Shown here piece after piece: positions 49,749 through 59,338 of a stretch of 64,000 nucleotides of DNA (position 1 is the stretch's first letter; the number at the start of each line of letters is the position of its first letter). The DNA comes from Clostridium pasteurianum DSM 525 = ATCC 6013 (GTDB lineage Bacteria > Bacillota > Clostridia > Clostridiales > Clostridiaceae), in assembly GCF_000807255.1 (NCBI RefSeq), contig NZ_CP009268.1:400384-464383 (forward strand), read 5' to 3'. The notes beneath the pieces are model-generated. The model saw only the letters and a program-made list of their open reading frames with translations. It searched no databases and was not told the origin of the DNA. Both the position numbers and the translations under genes were made by a program.

Positions 49749-50840
49749 ATGAGTAAAGCATTTAATTTATCTGAATATATGAGTGAGAGTATTGAAAATA
49801 TAGTAAAGAATATTTTAAAAGCATCTATAAGGAATCCCAAGGAAACTGAATTTATAATAAAATATATGCTATCAGTTAAGCAGGCAAAGAATAAGAGAGA
49901 TATGCTGGAAAGTAAAGGAGAGCATATCCCGCCTTTTTTCATGGGAAGTATTGCGTCTAATTGTAATTTACATTGTAAGGGCTGCTATGCAAGAGCTAAT
50001 AAATCCTGTGGAGATAAGCCAAAAAGTAGTGAGATATCAGAAGAAAGATGGGGACAGATATTTAATGAAGCAAGGGAGCTTGGAATTTCATTTGCACTAT
50101 TGTTAGGAGGAGAACCCTTAATGAGAAGAGGGGTTATTGAAAAAGCTTCCTCTGTTAAAGAAATAGTTTTTCCAGTCTTTACTAATGGCACTATGTTTGA
50201 TAAAAGTTATATGGATTTATTTGATAAAAATAGAAATCTTGTACCAATAATAAGTATTGAAGGTGATAAGGATCAAACTGATGCTAGAAGGGGAATTGGC
50301 ATTTATAATTTAATAATGACTGCAATGGATAATTTAAACGACAAAGGAATTCTGTTTGGAGGTTCTATAACTGTAACAACTGAAAATATAATGACTGTTA
50401 CAGGTAAAGAGTTTGTACAGGAACTTTACAATAAAGGAGCAAGAGTATTGTTATTTGTGGAGTATGCTCCAGTAGCTAAATCTACTAGAAATCTTGCACC
50501 TACAGATAAAGAACGTTTAATATTAGAAGAGAAGATAGAAGAATTAAGAAAAACATTTGAAAATATGGTGTTTTTATCATTCCCTGGTGATGAGAAATAT
50601 TCAGGGGGATGTTTAGCAGCTGGAAGAGGATTTTTCCATATAAATGTAAGTGGTGGGGCAGAACCATGTCCACTTTCTCCTTATTCAGATGTTAATTTAA
50701 AAGAATCTAGTCTAAGAGAAGCTTTAAAATCACCACTATTTAAGAAACTAAAAGACAATGAAATGTTACTTGGAGACCATGTAGGTGGATGTCTATTATT
50801 TGAAAAAGAGGAGGATGTTAAAGGGTTATTAGGATTGTAA
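49749..50840 (+). CDS. Radical SAM protein with a C-terminal SPASM/twitch-like Cys cluster
   Basis: CNLHCKGC (Cx3Cx2C) and the GGEPL motif; C-terminal Cys residues GGCLAAGRGFF...AEPCPLS and GGCLLF. Confidence 0.7.
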   Translation: MSKAFNLSEYMSESIENIVKNILKASIRNPKETEFIIKYMLSVKQAKNKRDMLESKGEHIPPFFMGSIASNCNLHCKGCYARANKSCGDKPKSSEISEERWGQIFNEARELGISFALLLGGEPLMRRGVIEKASSVKEIVFPVFTNGTMFDKSYMDLFDKNRNLVPIISIEGDKDQTDARRGIGIYNLIMTAMDNLNDKGILFGGSITVTTENIMTVTGKEFVQELYNKGARVLLFVEYAPVAKSTRNLAPTDKERLILEEKIEELRKTFENMVFLSFPGDEKYSGGCLAAGRGFFHINVSGGAEPCPLSPYSDVNLKESSLREALKSPLFKKLKDNEMLLGDHVGGCLLFEKEEDVKGLLGL

Positions 50841-51005
50841 TAAACGTCATTTATATGTTTTCTAAGCTCAAATTGTCACATTGCCTTTCATTGATAAGAA
50901 AGATAATATATATTTTTAAATACAAAACTTTATAAAAACTTTATAATCTCCTGATAAATTGTTAACTGTAAGAAACATTAATAATTTATGGGGGGATAAA
51001 ACATA

Positions 51006-51704
51006 ATGAATGATTTAATATTGGAAACTAAAGGTGTTAAAAAATATTTTGGGAAGCAGCTGGCTGTAAATGATGTTTCAATTCACATTAAAAGAAACTG
51101 TATATATGGACTTTTAGGACCTAATGGAGCAGGAAAATCTACTATTTTAAAAATGGTTACAGGTTTATTGCATCCCAGTGAAGGGGAAATAATTGTGTTT
51201 GATGAACCTTGGAGAAGAGAAGCTCTTGCTGAAATAGGTGCCCTCATTGAATCGCCTGCTCTATATGGTAATCTTACAGCAGTTGAAAATTTAACAGTTT
51301 TTACAAAAATGATGGGAATTTCAAAAAATAGAATTGATGAAGTACTTGAGATAGTAGATCTCAAAAATACCGGTAAGAAGCTGGCATCACAGTTTTCTAT
51401 GGGAATGAAACAGAGGCTTGGAATAGCAATAGCTCTGCTGAATAATCCAAAGCTGTTAATTCTTGATGAACCTACTAACGGACTTGATCCTATAGGAATT
51501 GAAGAACTTAGAGAGCTTATATGTTCTTTCCCAAAGCAGGGCATAACAGTTATACTATCAAGTCATATTTTGACAGAGGTTTCTCAGATTGTTGATTATG
51601 TTGGCATTATAAATAATGGTGAAGTAAAATATGAGAATAGAGTAAGCCACAATGAAAATATTGAAGAATTATTTATGAATACTGTAAGGGGGAAGATAGT
51701 ATGA
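51006..51704 (+). CDS. ABC transporter ATP-binding protein (LanF/CprA-like lantibiotic-protection type)
   Basis: Walker A GPNGAGKST, signature FSMGMKQRL, Walker B LILDEPT. Confidence 0.85.
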   Translation: MNDLILETKGVKKYFGKQLAVNDVSIHIKRNCIYGLLGPNGAGKSTILKMVTGLLHPSEGEIIVFDEPWRREALAEIGALIESPALYGNLTAVENLTVFTKMMGISKNRIDEVLEIVDLKNTGKKLASQFSMGMKQRLGIAIALLNNPKLLILDEPTNGLDPIGIEELRELICSFPKQGITVILSSHILTEVSQIVDYVGIINNGEVKYENRVSHNENIEELFMNTVRGKIV

Positions 51705-52459
51705 TCGGCATAATCCAAGCTGAATATCTTAAATACAAGAGAACATTTATGAAGTGGCTTATAATATTAGTGCCATTGTTTTTTGTAATACTTTCAGTAT
51801 TCCCTAAAATAATTATTCCTGATGGATATTTAAGGCCTTGGGATCTTATTATTGACCTTGTGTACAATTGGTGGTCTTTTATATTTATTCCCATAGGTTT
51901 TGCATTGTTTGCTGTATTAGTTAATTCACAGGAAAAAAGAGCTGGTAATTATAGAACTGTTAAGTCTTGCAAGGTATCACCAATATCTATATGGATAGGG
52001 AAGATCATTGTTATGGCAATACACTCTTTATTTGCAACTTTTGTACTTATAGTTGCTGTTCTAATTTCAGGAATGATATTAGCTTCAGGAAATGTACCTT
52101 GGTTGAAAATAGTTATTGGTGCTTTTACAATTTGGCTTACATCTCTTGCAATAATACCAATACAGTTATTTATAGCTTCATGGAGTGGTATATTTGGAAG
52201 TATGATAATGGGTATATTAGGATTTCTTATAGGAGTTGCTGAGGCTCCTACTAAGTATTGGATATATATACCCTGGAGCTGGCCAATCAGACTTATGTGT
52301 CCAATACTAGGAATACATCCTAATGGGATTTCTTTAGAGAATAATAGTCCTTTGTTGAGTTCTTCAGTAATACCAATAGGAATAATTGTATCAGTAGCAG
52401 CTGTTATTGTTTTTACTTTTCTAACAGCTAAATGGTTTGAGAGGAGAGAAGTCCGATGA
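51701..52459 (+). CDS. ABC-2 permease (LanE/MutE-like immunity permease)
   Basis: About 250 aa, 6 transmembrane segments, overlapping start and stop (ATGA). Confidence 0.65.
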   Translation: MIGIIQAEYLKYKRTFMKWLIILVPLFFVILSVFPKIIIPDGYLRPWDLIIDLVYNWWSFIFIPIGFALFAVLVNSQEKRAGNYRTVKSCKVSPISIWIGKIIVMAIHSLFATFVLIVAVLISGMILASGNVPWLKIVIGAFTIWLTSLAIIPIQLFIASWSGIFGSMIMGILGFLIGVAEAPTKYWIYIPWSWPIRLMCPILGIHPNGISLENNSPLLSSSVIPIGIIVSVAAVIVFTFLTAKWFERREVR

Positions 52460-53223
52460 TAAAAATATTATCAGCTGAATGGATTAAAACAAAACGTACA
52501 CCGATAAAATGGGTTGTGTTTTTAACTCCAATTTTATATTCACTAGTAATCACATGGTATTATTCATCAAAAACCATAGATTTAAGTACGGAAATCTCAG
52601 TATTTCAGATCTTCTTTGAGGTATGGACAATTATATTTATACCAATAGGGGCAGGTTTGTTTTCAGGATTTATGATATATCAGGAAGAGCTTGCAGGGAA
52701 GTTTAATGGACTGTTAATAAGTAAATTGCCTCGTTTGAAACTGTATTTAGGAAAATTGATAATTCTTATTTTCCTTACAACATTAAGTATATTCATTGGA
52801 ACCTTTATTCTCATTATTGGATTAAATTATGTAATACATGTACCTGTTTCTATTTCCATTTTTATTATGGCAGCAATAGTAACAGCACTAAGTACAATAC
52901 CACTATTAGCCTTTCATCTATGGATAAGCCTTGCCTGGGGGATGGGAGCTTCCATTGGAGTTGGAGGAGGGGGACTTCTTATAGCTGCATTAATGGGTAC
53001 AAATCTTGGAAATATGGTATGGAAATATATACCTTGGGCATGGCCTGTTAGAATATCTACTCTTCCAGCGATATATCTTCTTAATTTATCAGAGAAAGAG
53101 ATTGGTTATGCTGTTCAACAGAATGCCGCAGGTGCAGTATGTGCATTAGTTTTTCTTATAATTATGTTAGCGGGAGGCATAAAATGGTTTGAAAAATGGG
53201 AAGGAAGAAAAGTGTATAATTGA
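52456..53223 (+). CDS. ABC-2 permease (LanG/MutG-like immunity permease)
   Basis: About 255 aa, 6 transmembrane segments, a paralog of the previous permease. Confidence 0.65.
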   Translation: MIKILSAEWIKTKRTPIKWVVFLTPILYSLVITWYYSSKTIDLSTEISVFQIFFEVWTIIFIPIGAGLFSGFMIYQEELAGKFNGLLISKLPRLKLYLGKLIILIFLTTLSIFIGTFILIIGLNYVIHVPVSISIFIMAAIVTALSTIPLLAFHLWISLAWGMGASIGVGGGGLLIAALMGTNLGNMVWKYIPWAWPVRISTLPAIYLLNLSEKEIGYAVQQNAAGAVCALVFLIIMLAGGIKWFEKWEGRKVYN

Positions 53224-53251
53224 TATATAAAATTTGAAAAGGTGATATAAA

Positions 53252-53947
53252 ATGAGTAAAATTCTTATAATAGATGATGAGGAGGATCTTGTAACACTTT
53301 TAAAAGATTCTTTGGAAAACAGAGGACATACTGTTTTTACTGCCTATAACGGGCTAGGGGGGATAGAAAAGTCAGAAGAACAACCAGAAATTATAGTACT
53401 TGATATAATGATGCCGGATATGGATGGGTATGAGGTGTGTAGGAATATAAGAGACAGGGTGCAATGTCCCATAATATTTTTAAGTGCAAAACAATCAGAA
53501 ATGGATAAAATTAAAGGTTTTGCATTAGGCGGAGATGATTATATAATAAAGCCCTTTAGTATTAAGGAGTTAATGGCAAGAATTGATGCACACTTAAGGA
53601 GAGAGAAAAGAGCTATTTTCCTTAATGAGGCGGGGAAAAGAGTCTTGCTTAATTTTAAAAACCTCACAATAGATTTAAAAGCTCGTGAAGTTCATATTAA
53701 CAATATAGCTGTAATTCTTACAAAAAAGGAATTTAACATAATTCAATTATTGTCATTACATCCAGGACAGATATTTTCTAAAGAACAGATTTATGAAAAA
53801 ATTTGGGGATATGATGCAGAAGGAGATTCTTCAACAGTAACAGAACATGTTAAGAAAATTAGGGCAAAGTTTAGTGAAATTGATTCAGGTACTCAGTATA
53901 TATCTACAGCATGGGGTATAGGATACCGCTGGGAAAAAATTAAATAA
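53252..53947 (+). CDS. Response regulator, OmpR/PhoB family (SpaR/NisR/CprR-like)
   Basis: REC domain (DDEEDL...DIMMPDMDG) plus a winged-helix C-terminus. Confidence 0.85.
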   Translation: MSKILIIDDEEDLVTLLKDSLENRGHTVFTAYNGLGGIEKSEEQPEIIVLDIMMPDMDGYEVCRNIRDRVQCPIIFLSAKQSEMDKIKGFALGGDDYIIKPFSIKELMARIDAHLRREKRAIFLNEAGKRVLLNFKNLTIDLKAREVHINNIAVILTKKEFNIIQLLSLHPGQIFSKEQIYEKIWGYDAEGDSSTVTEHVKKIRAKFSEIDSGTQYISTAWGIGYRWEKIK

Positions 53948-53989
53948 GGCTTTTTGCAGTGTGAAGTATTTCAGGAGGAGTTTAATTTA

Positions 53990-55429
53990 ATGTTAGAGAA
54001 AAAATCTTTGAAAGCACAATTTGTAATGAGTTTTATATTGGTTATTATATTTAGCATTATTCCGACAATTATAACTTATTTTATTGGTTATAATATTTAT
54101 ATAGCTGTTGAATATAAAAATATATATCCAGCTAATTATTATGAAAGAAAAGCTTCTGATATTGGAGATTATCTCAAGGAAAAAGGTATAGAAACTTTAG
54201 ATATTAGAGAGAAACAAGCTCTTGATAAGCTTATTCCAGCAGAGGGAATTAAATATCAGGTTATAAATGAAAATGCAAAAGTCATATATGGAACTGATAG
54301 GGAAAAAATAATAGCTGATAGTGCTGACTTATACAAAAAAGTTAACACTCGTATAGGGCTTAAAGGGAGATATGTTAACATTATTCCTATATTAGATACT
54401 AAGGGCAAAATGGCAGGAGTGGTATCTTTATCCTATATGCTGAAGCCCTATTATGTAAATTCAGCAGATAAAATATGGATGATACCGTTATCTATTATAA
54501 TTATTTTTTCTCCATTTATCTATATAATATTTTTTACTATCATTTTTTCCAGTAAATTTCAACATAGTATAGGCAAACCCTTAAATATGCTTATACAAGC
54601 AGCTAAAGAGGTTAAGAGGAAAAATCTTGATTTTAGTGTAGATTATACTGCTGATAATGAGATTGGCAAATTGTGTGAGGCCTTTAATGAAATGAAATCT
54701 GAACTTAAGATATCATTGATATCCCAGTGGAAAATAGAACAGGAAAGGCATGAAATGGTAGAGACTTTGGCCCATGATTTAAAAACGCCCCTTTCCATTA
54801 TCAAAGGATATACTGAATCGCTTTTGGACGGGAATTATAGGGATAATGAAAAATCAATTAGATACTTGAATGTAATAAGAGAAAATACAGATAAAGGATC
54901 CAACCTTATAAAAGAAATGCTTTATGCTGCTGAAATAGAGAATACCAACATGGAAATTAATAGTAGCTCAGTAGATATAGAGGCTTTCATGAAGATAAAA
55001 GAAGAAAGCTATGAGATGATTTGTAAAGATAAAAAAATAAAAATTAAAGTAAATATAGATTATAAAAATAATTATAAAATATCCTGCTCTATTGATATAT
55101 TAAAGCTTGAACGAATATTGGATAATATTGTGTTAAACAGCATTTATTATACACCTGAAGAGGGAAAAATAAATATTAATGTATATGTTGAGGATAAAAA
55201 TATGAAGTTTACAGTACAGGATACGGGTAAGGGATTCAGCAGTAAAGATTTATCCAATATTTTCTACAAATTTTATAGAGGAGATAAAGCCCGCAGTTCG
55301 AAAAATGGTAATGCAGGACTTGGACTTTATATTGCAAAAAAACTGGTAGAGATATATGGTGGTAGTATAAAGGCTTTTAATTCAGAAAGTGGCGGAGCAT
55401 GTGTAGAGTTTATTTTGAAAATGATTTGA
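53990..55429 (+). CDS. Sensor histidine kinase (HisKA + HATPase_c; SpaK/NisK/CprK-like)
   Basis: Two transmembrane segments; HAMP-like linker; H-box LAHDLKTPLS; G-boxes GLGLYIAKK. Confidence 0.8.
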   Translation: MLEKKSLKAQFVMSFILVIIFSIIPTIITYFIGYNIYIAVEYKNIYPANYYERKASDIGDYLKEKGIETLDIREKQALDKLIPAEGIKYQVINENAKVIYGTDREKIIADSADLYKKVNTRIGLKGRYVNIIPILDTKGKMAGVVSLSYMLKPYYVNSADKIWMIPLSIIIIFSPFIYIIFFTIIFSSKFQHSIGKPLNMLIQAAKEVKRKNLDFSVDYTADNEIGKLCEAFNEMKSELKISLISQWKIEQERHEMVETLAHDLKTPLSIIKGYTESLLDGNYRDNEKSIRYLNVIRENTDKGSNLIKEMLYAAEIENTNMEINSSSVDIEAFMKIKEESYEMICKDKKIKIKVNIDYKNNYKISCSIDILKLERILDNIVLNSIYYTPEEGKININVYVEDKNMKFTVQDTGKGFSSKDLSNIFYKFYRGDKARSSKNGNAGLGLYIAKKLVEIYGGSIKAFNSESGGACVEFILKMI

Positions 55430-55478
55430 ATATATAATCATCTTAAGTATTATAGAAAATTGAATATAATTGCTTATT

Positions 55479-56039
55479 TCAATTATATTCAATTTTCTCA
55501 GATACCTGCTTAGCTATAGTTTCATCAAATATTTCTTTTAACACATATAGACCTAAATCTATACCAGAAGATACTCCTGCACTTGTAATGATTTTACCAT
55601 CTTTTACTACTTTAGACTTTTTCACAATTACACCCATTTGAGAAAGTTCATCAAAAGCAGTATGATAGGTAGTAGCTGATTTATCTTTCAAAAGACCTGC
55701 ACTGGCAATTATAAAAGCACCTGTACATACAGAACATAAATATTTCAATTGAATATATCTATTTTTTATAAAATTAAGTATATTTTCATTTTTCATTGCT
55801 GATTTTCTACCTTGTCCACCTGGAATTACCAATACATCTAAATGTGGGCAATTATTAATAGTATAATCTGCAAAAAATCTTAATCCATTAAATCCTTGAA
55901 TTATTTGTTCATGATCACTTACGAACCAAACATTAGTACTTTCAGGTTTTATTTTATTTATATAAGATAGAACTTCAAAGGGTCCAATAAAATCTAATTC
56001 TTCAACTTCTTCAAAAATTAATATACCAATATTAATCAT
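55479..56039 (-). CDS. DJ-1/PfpI-family protein (class I glutamine amidotransferase-like)
   Basis: The nucleophile-elbow Cys motif CSVCTGAFIIASAGLL. Confidence 0.75.
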   Translation of the reverse strand: MINIGILIFEEVEELDFIGPFEVLSYINKIKPESTNVWFVSDHEQIIQGFNGLRFFADYTINNCPHLDVLVIPGGQGRKSAMKNENILNFIKNRYIQLKYLCSVCTGAFIIASAGLLKDKSATTYHTAFDELSQMGVIVKKSKVVKDGKIITSAGVSSGIDLGLYVLKEIFDETIAKQVSEKIEYN

Positions 56040-56199
56040 GTAGATCACTTCCTGTATTATATTTTATTTGAAAATCTAATAATCTTTTTTATATAAACAA
56101 TATAATATACATTAAAAATTATCAACTAACAATTAGAATATTGTGTAAATATATCTACTGTATATAAAGTGTTTAATACAAAGAGCAAAAGGGAATTTT

Positions 56200-56425
56200 T
56201 CAATGTATTTGAAATGCATTTTATTGAGCTATGAAAATGACTTAAAAGCTATGAGGCATTACAAAGCTGGACTTAAAACAGCTGAGAGAAAAGGAAGAAA
56301 AGAAGGCATTAGACAGTTAAGTTAATATTAAAGCAATATAAAAATGGGCTTTCTATTGAATATATAGCAGATATAAATGATATTGATATAGAATATGTAA
56401 AGGAAATAGTAGAAGATAAGTAAAA
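56200..56425 (+). pseudogene. C-terminal remnant of an Rpn/YhgA-like (Transposase_31, PD-(D/E)XK) family gene, frameshifted
   Basis: Encodes ...LKTAERKGRKEGIRQLS and, in the next frame, KQYKNGLSIEYIADINDIDIEYVKEIVEDK; both match the C-terminal tails typical of this family. Confidence 0.45.
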
Positions 56426-56603
56426 AGAACAGCAAATCTAATATTAAACAACGGTACATACTTACGGTGTATCGTTTTTTTGTTGCAAAAATTCATCTGA
56501 TAAAATAGAAATAATTTATAATTAGCCTAAGAGAAAATACTTTTATATGCGTTATATATAGTGTAAAAGCTTTTACGGAAACTATCAGATAGGAGAAAAT
56601 TTC

Positions 56604-57164
56604 ATGAGGAGTAATGAAATAAATTATGTTAAGAGGCTGAAAAAGGGAAAAGAAGATGCTTTGGAGTTCATAGTAGATAAATATCTGCCTTTAGTTAAAT
56701 CTGCTGTATACAAGGTGTTATCACCACTAAAAAAGGATGGGATTATAGAAGAATGCATAAATGATGTATTTCTTTCTGTGTGGAATAACTCAAGTAAATT
56801 TAAGGGTGAAGAATCACAATTTAAGAGTTGGATATATAAAATAGCTAAATTTAAAGCTATAGATTATTACAGGAAAGAAATTAAAAATTTAGAGGTTAAT
56901 TTAGAAGATGAACATATAATCGAGAACAAATCCTTGGAAGAAGAAATTATTATGAAGGAAGATATAAAAGAATTAATAAAACTTATAAACACTTTTGAAG
57001 CTACAGATAGAAATATATTCATTATGAAATTTTTTCTTGGAATGAAGTCTGAGGATATTGCTAAAAAATTTGATATTACCAGGTCTGCTGTAGATAACAG
57101 AATCTACAGGGGAAAGAAAAAGCTTAATAAACAGGTTAATAATCCAAGTATGGAGGTAATTTAA
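56604..57164 (+). CDS. ECF-type RNA polymerase sigma-70 factor
   Basis: Region 2 (FLSVWNNSSKFKGEESQFKSWIYKIAKFKAIDYYRK) and region 4 HTH (SEDIAKKFDITRSAVDNRIYRGKKKL). Confidence 0.8.
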   Translation: MRSNEINYVKRLKKGKEDALEFIVDKYLPLVKSAVYKVLSPLKKDGIIEECINDVFLSVWNNSSKFKGEESQFKSWIYKIAKFKAIDYYRKEIKNLEVNLEDEHIIENKSLEEEIIMKEDIKELIKLINTFEATDRNIFIMKFFLGMKSEDIAKKFDITRSAVDNRIYRGKKKLNKQVNNPSMEVI

Positions 57165-57165
57165 T

Positions 57166-58275
57166 ATGAAGGATATTTATGAAATATTAAATGATGTAGA
57201 TATAGATGAAAGTGAAATGGATAGCGTTGAAGTATCGGACATTGAAAAGGCAAAGGTGAAAAGAACTTTAAAAAAAGCGATAAAGAAAAATAAAATTTGG
57301 AGAAAAAGTATAATTGCAGCATCAGTTTGTTTTGTAATGATTGGAGTTATGGCAATAGTTGGAATAGCCAGTCCGGCCAGTGCTGCAGATATTCCTGTAG
57401 TAGGGGATATATTCAGGTTTATGGATAATGGTAGAACGGGAATGTACGATAAATATAAGGAAAATGCAAATGAAATTAATGTTACTAAAAAAAGTAATGG
57501 TATTTCAGTTACTATAAAGGATGCCATATTTGATGGAAAGACGTTATCCTACACTTATGAAATAAAAAGTGATAGAGATTTAGGCGAAACAATTATTCTA
57601 GGAGGTATGGGATCATCCGGTGTTAATATAAAAGGGTACAAAGGATCTATGGCGGGTACTTCTGGAGCAAAAAAAGTTAATGATAACACTTATGTAGGTC
57701 AAGATAATTACAGTATAGATGAGGAAAGAAAGCAGATAAGTGTTAAAATGAATTTTAAAAGTATAGGGAACCTTAGTGATGCTAAATATAAAAATGTAAA
57801 GGGCAATTGGAATTTTGACATTAACTTAAAAGCATTAGAAAGTGCTAAACAACAGGTTAATAAATCCATTGAAAAATATGGTATAAAGCTAGATGTAAAT
57901 AATATTTCTAAAACAACTATGTCCTTTACTATAAATTACACTGTAAGTATTACTAAGAGTGTAAAAGAAAAATGGTTCAGTGTAAGTTTATATGATTTTG
58001 ACATCAAAGATGATTTGGGTAATGTTTATAAAGGTCAAGGAAATGGAGAACAGGGTAACTTATATAAAATGAAAGGAAGTATGACCTTTGGTAAACTTAA
58101 TGATAATGCTAACAAACTAATAATAACTCCAAAGATTCATATGTCTAACACAGGAGGTGGAGTTTCTTTTGATAAAAATGGAAAGAAAACTGAAGTTAAG
58201 CCAAAAATAGATGCAAACCATCCTGAAAATAGTGATATTGTATTAGAGGATATTGTTGTTGATTTAGAGAAATAA
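57166..58275 (+). CDS. Anti-sigma factor-like membrane protein (DUF4179-type)
   Basis: Overlaps the sigma gene stop codon; short cytoplasmic N-terminus, one transmembrane segment (IIAASVCFVMIGVMAIVGIA), large extracytoplasmic beta-rich domain. Confidence 0.6.
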   Translation: MKDIYEILNDVDIDESEMDSVEVSDIEKAKVKRTLKKAIKKNKIWRKSIIAASVCFVMIGVMAIVGIASPASAADIPVVGDIFRFMDNGRTGMYDKYKENANEINVTKKSNGISVTIKDAIFDGKTLSYTYEIKSDRDLGETIILGGMGSSGVNIKGYKGSMAGTSGAKKVNDNTYVGQDNYSIDEERKQISVKMNFKSIGNLSDAKYKNVKGNWNFDINLKALESAKQQVNKSIEKYGIKLDVNNISKTTMSFTINYTVSITKSVKEKWFSVSLYDFDIKDDLGNVYKGQGNGEQGNLYKMKGSMTFGKLNDNANKLIITPKIHMSNTGGGVSFDKNGKKTEVKPKIDANHPENSDIVLEDIVVDLEK

Positions 58276-58561
58276 ATGCAGAATATAATAATAATTTAAT
58301 GTAAAGACATCAGACATCACTGTTGAAAAATGATGTCTTTTAATATATTATATAATTTATAAAGGATTAGATAATGTTGTTAAAACAGAGATAATAGAAG
58401 TATGTCCTATAATTTATTTAAGATACTTCAAAGTAAATTACTGTTTAATATAGTATTATATTTTTGCCTTGCTATCTATTTTTACATACTAAAATTCAAA
58501 GAAAAAACAAATTCTTAATTAATTAAGAGGTCATTAGGACTTAATAAGGAGAGAGTATTCT

Positions 58562-59248
58562 ATGACAAAAAAAAGAAAAAGTTTATCAGAAAATGTGGCA
58601 GATGACATTCTTGCCATGATTACCATAGATAAAAAATTTGTACTTGGAGATAAGCTGCCTAATGAAAATCAGCTTTCTACAGAATTGAAAGTCAGTCGTA
58701 CTACTTTAAGAGAAGCAATTCGTATTTTAGTAGCTCATGACGTATTGGAAATTAAAAGGGGAAAGGGAACCTACGTTAAAAATAATGGTGAGTTAAATGA
58801 AAAATTCAATTTAAATGAACTTTCAACTTTAAAATTGGATGTAAAGGACTTATATGAAATACGTCTGATCTTTGAACCTGAAATTGCTTACTATGCCTCA
58901 AAACGTGCTACTGATAAGGAAATGGAACGAATTTTACACTATGGAAAATTAGAAGAAGAACAAATTTTGAAGAAGGAAGACAGAACAGAAGTGGAGCAGG
59001 CTTTTCACAAATCTATAGCAAAGGCAAGTCATAATGAGTTTATGAATAAGCTGATACCTATTCTATACAAGGCTATTGATAAGGGTGTTATTTTATCAGA
59101 TGCAAATGAAGAAATGTTAAAGAATACATTAAATGATCATAGAATGATTATGGAATTTCTATCAAAACGAGATGCTGAAGGAGCAAGGACAGCAATGAAA
59201 CTGCATATTATTCATGCAATGAGAGGATTTGGAATTACAGAAGAATAA
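58562..59248 (+). CDS. GntR-family transcriptional regulator (FadR/FCD subfamily)
   Basis: wHTH LPNENQLSTELKVSRTTLREAIRIL plus an FCD-like C-terminal helical domain. Confidence 0.8.
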   Translation: MTKKRKSLSENVADDILAMITIDKKFVLGDKLPNENQLSTELKVSRTTLREAIRILVAHDVLEIKRGKGTYVKNNGELNEKFNLNELSTLKLDVKDLYEIRLIFEPEIAYYASKRATDKEMERILHYGKLEEEQILKKEDRTEVEQAFHKSIAKASHNEFMNKLIPILYKAIDKGVILSDANEEMLKNTLNDHRMIMEFLSKRDAEGARTAMKLHIIHAMRGFGITEE

Positions 59249-59338
59249 AATTCATTCATATAGAGATATAGTTATGTTGTTGACATTAGACATCATACAA
59301 CACATAATAAATTTATACAACTAAAATATATTATAGAG

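Noticed and set aside
51083-51544. 153-aa minus-strand ORF, and similar long antisense ORFs (3181-3411, 5727-6017, 6761-7145, 7290-7709, 8173-8484, 12050-12235, 15133-15369, 18433-18636, 23036-23272, 24949-25176, 30243-30491, 32038-32232, 38080-38379, 40965-41183, 44004-44285, 45147-45356, 46102-46341, 47334-47623, 49703-50191, 51673-52242, 57177-57527, 60515-60772, 62061-62270)
   Set aside because: Each is fully embedded antisense or out of frame within a well-supported gene, has low-complexity composition and no RBS; taken as frame-shadow artefacts.
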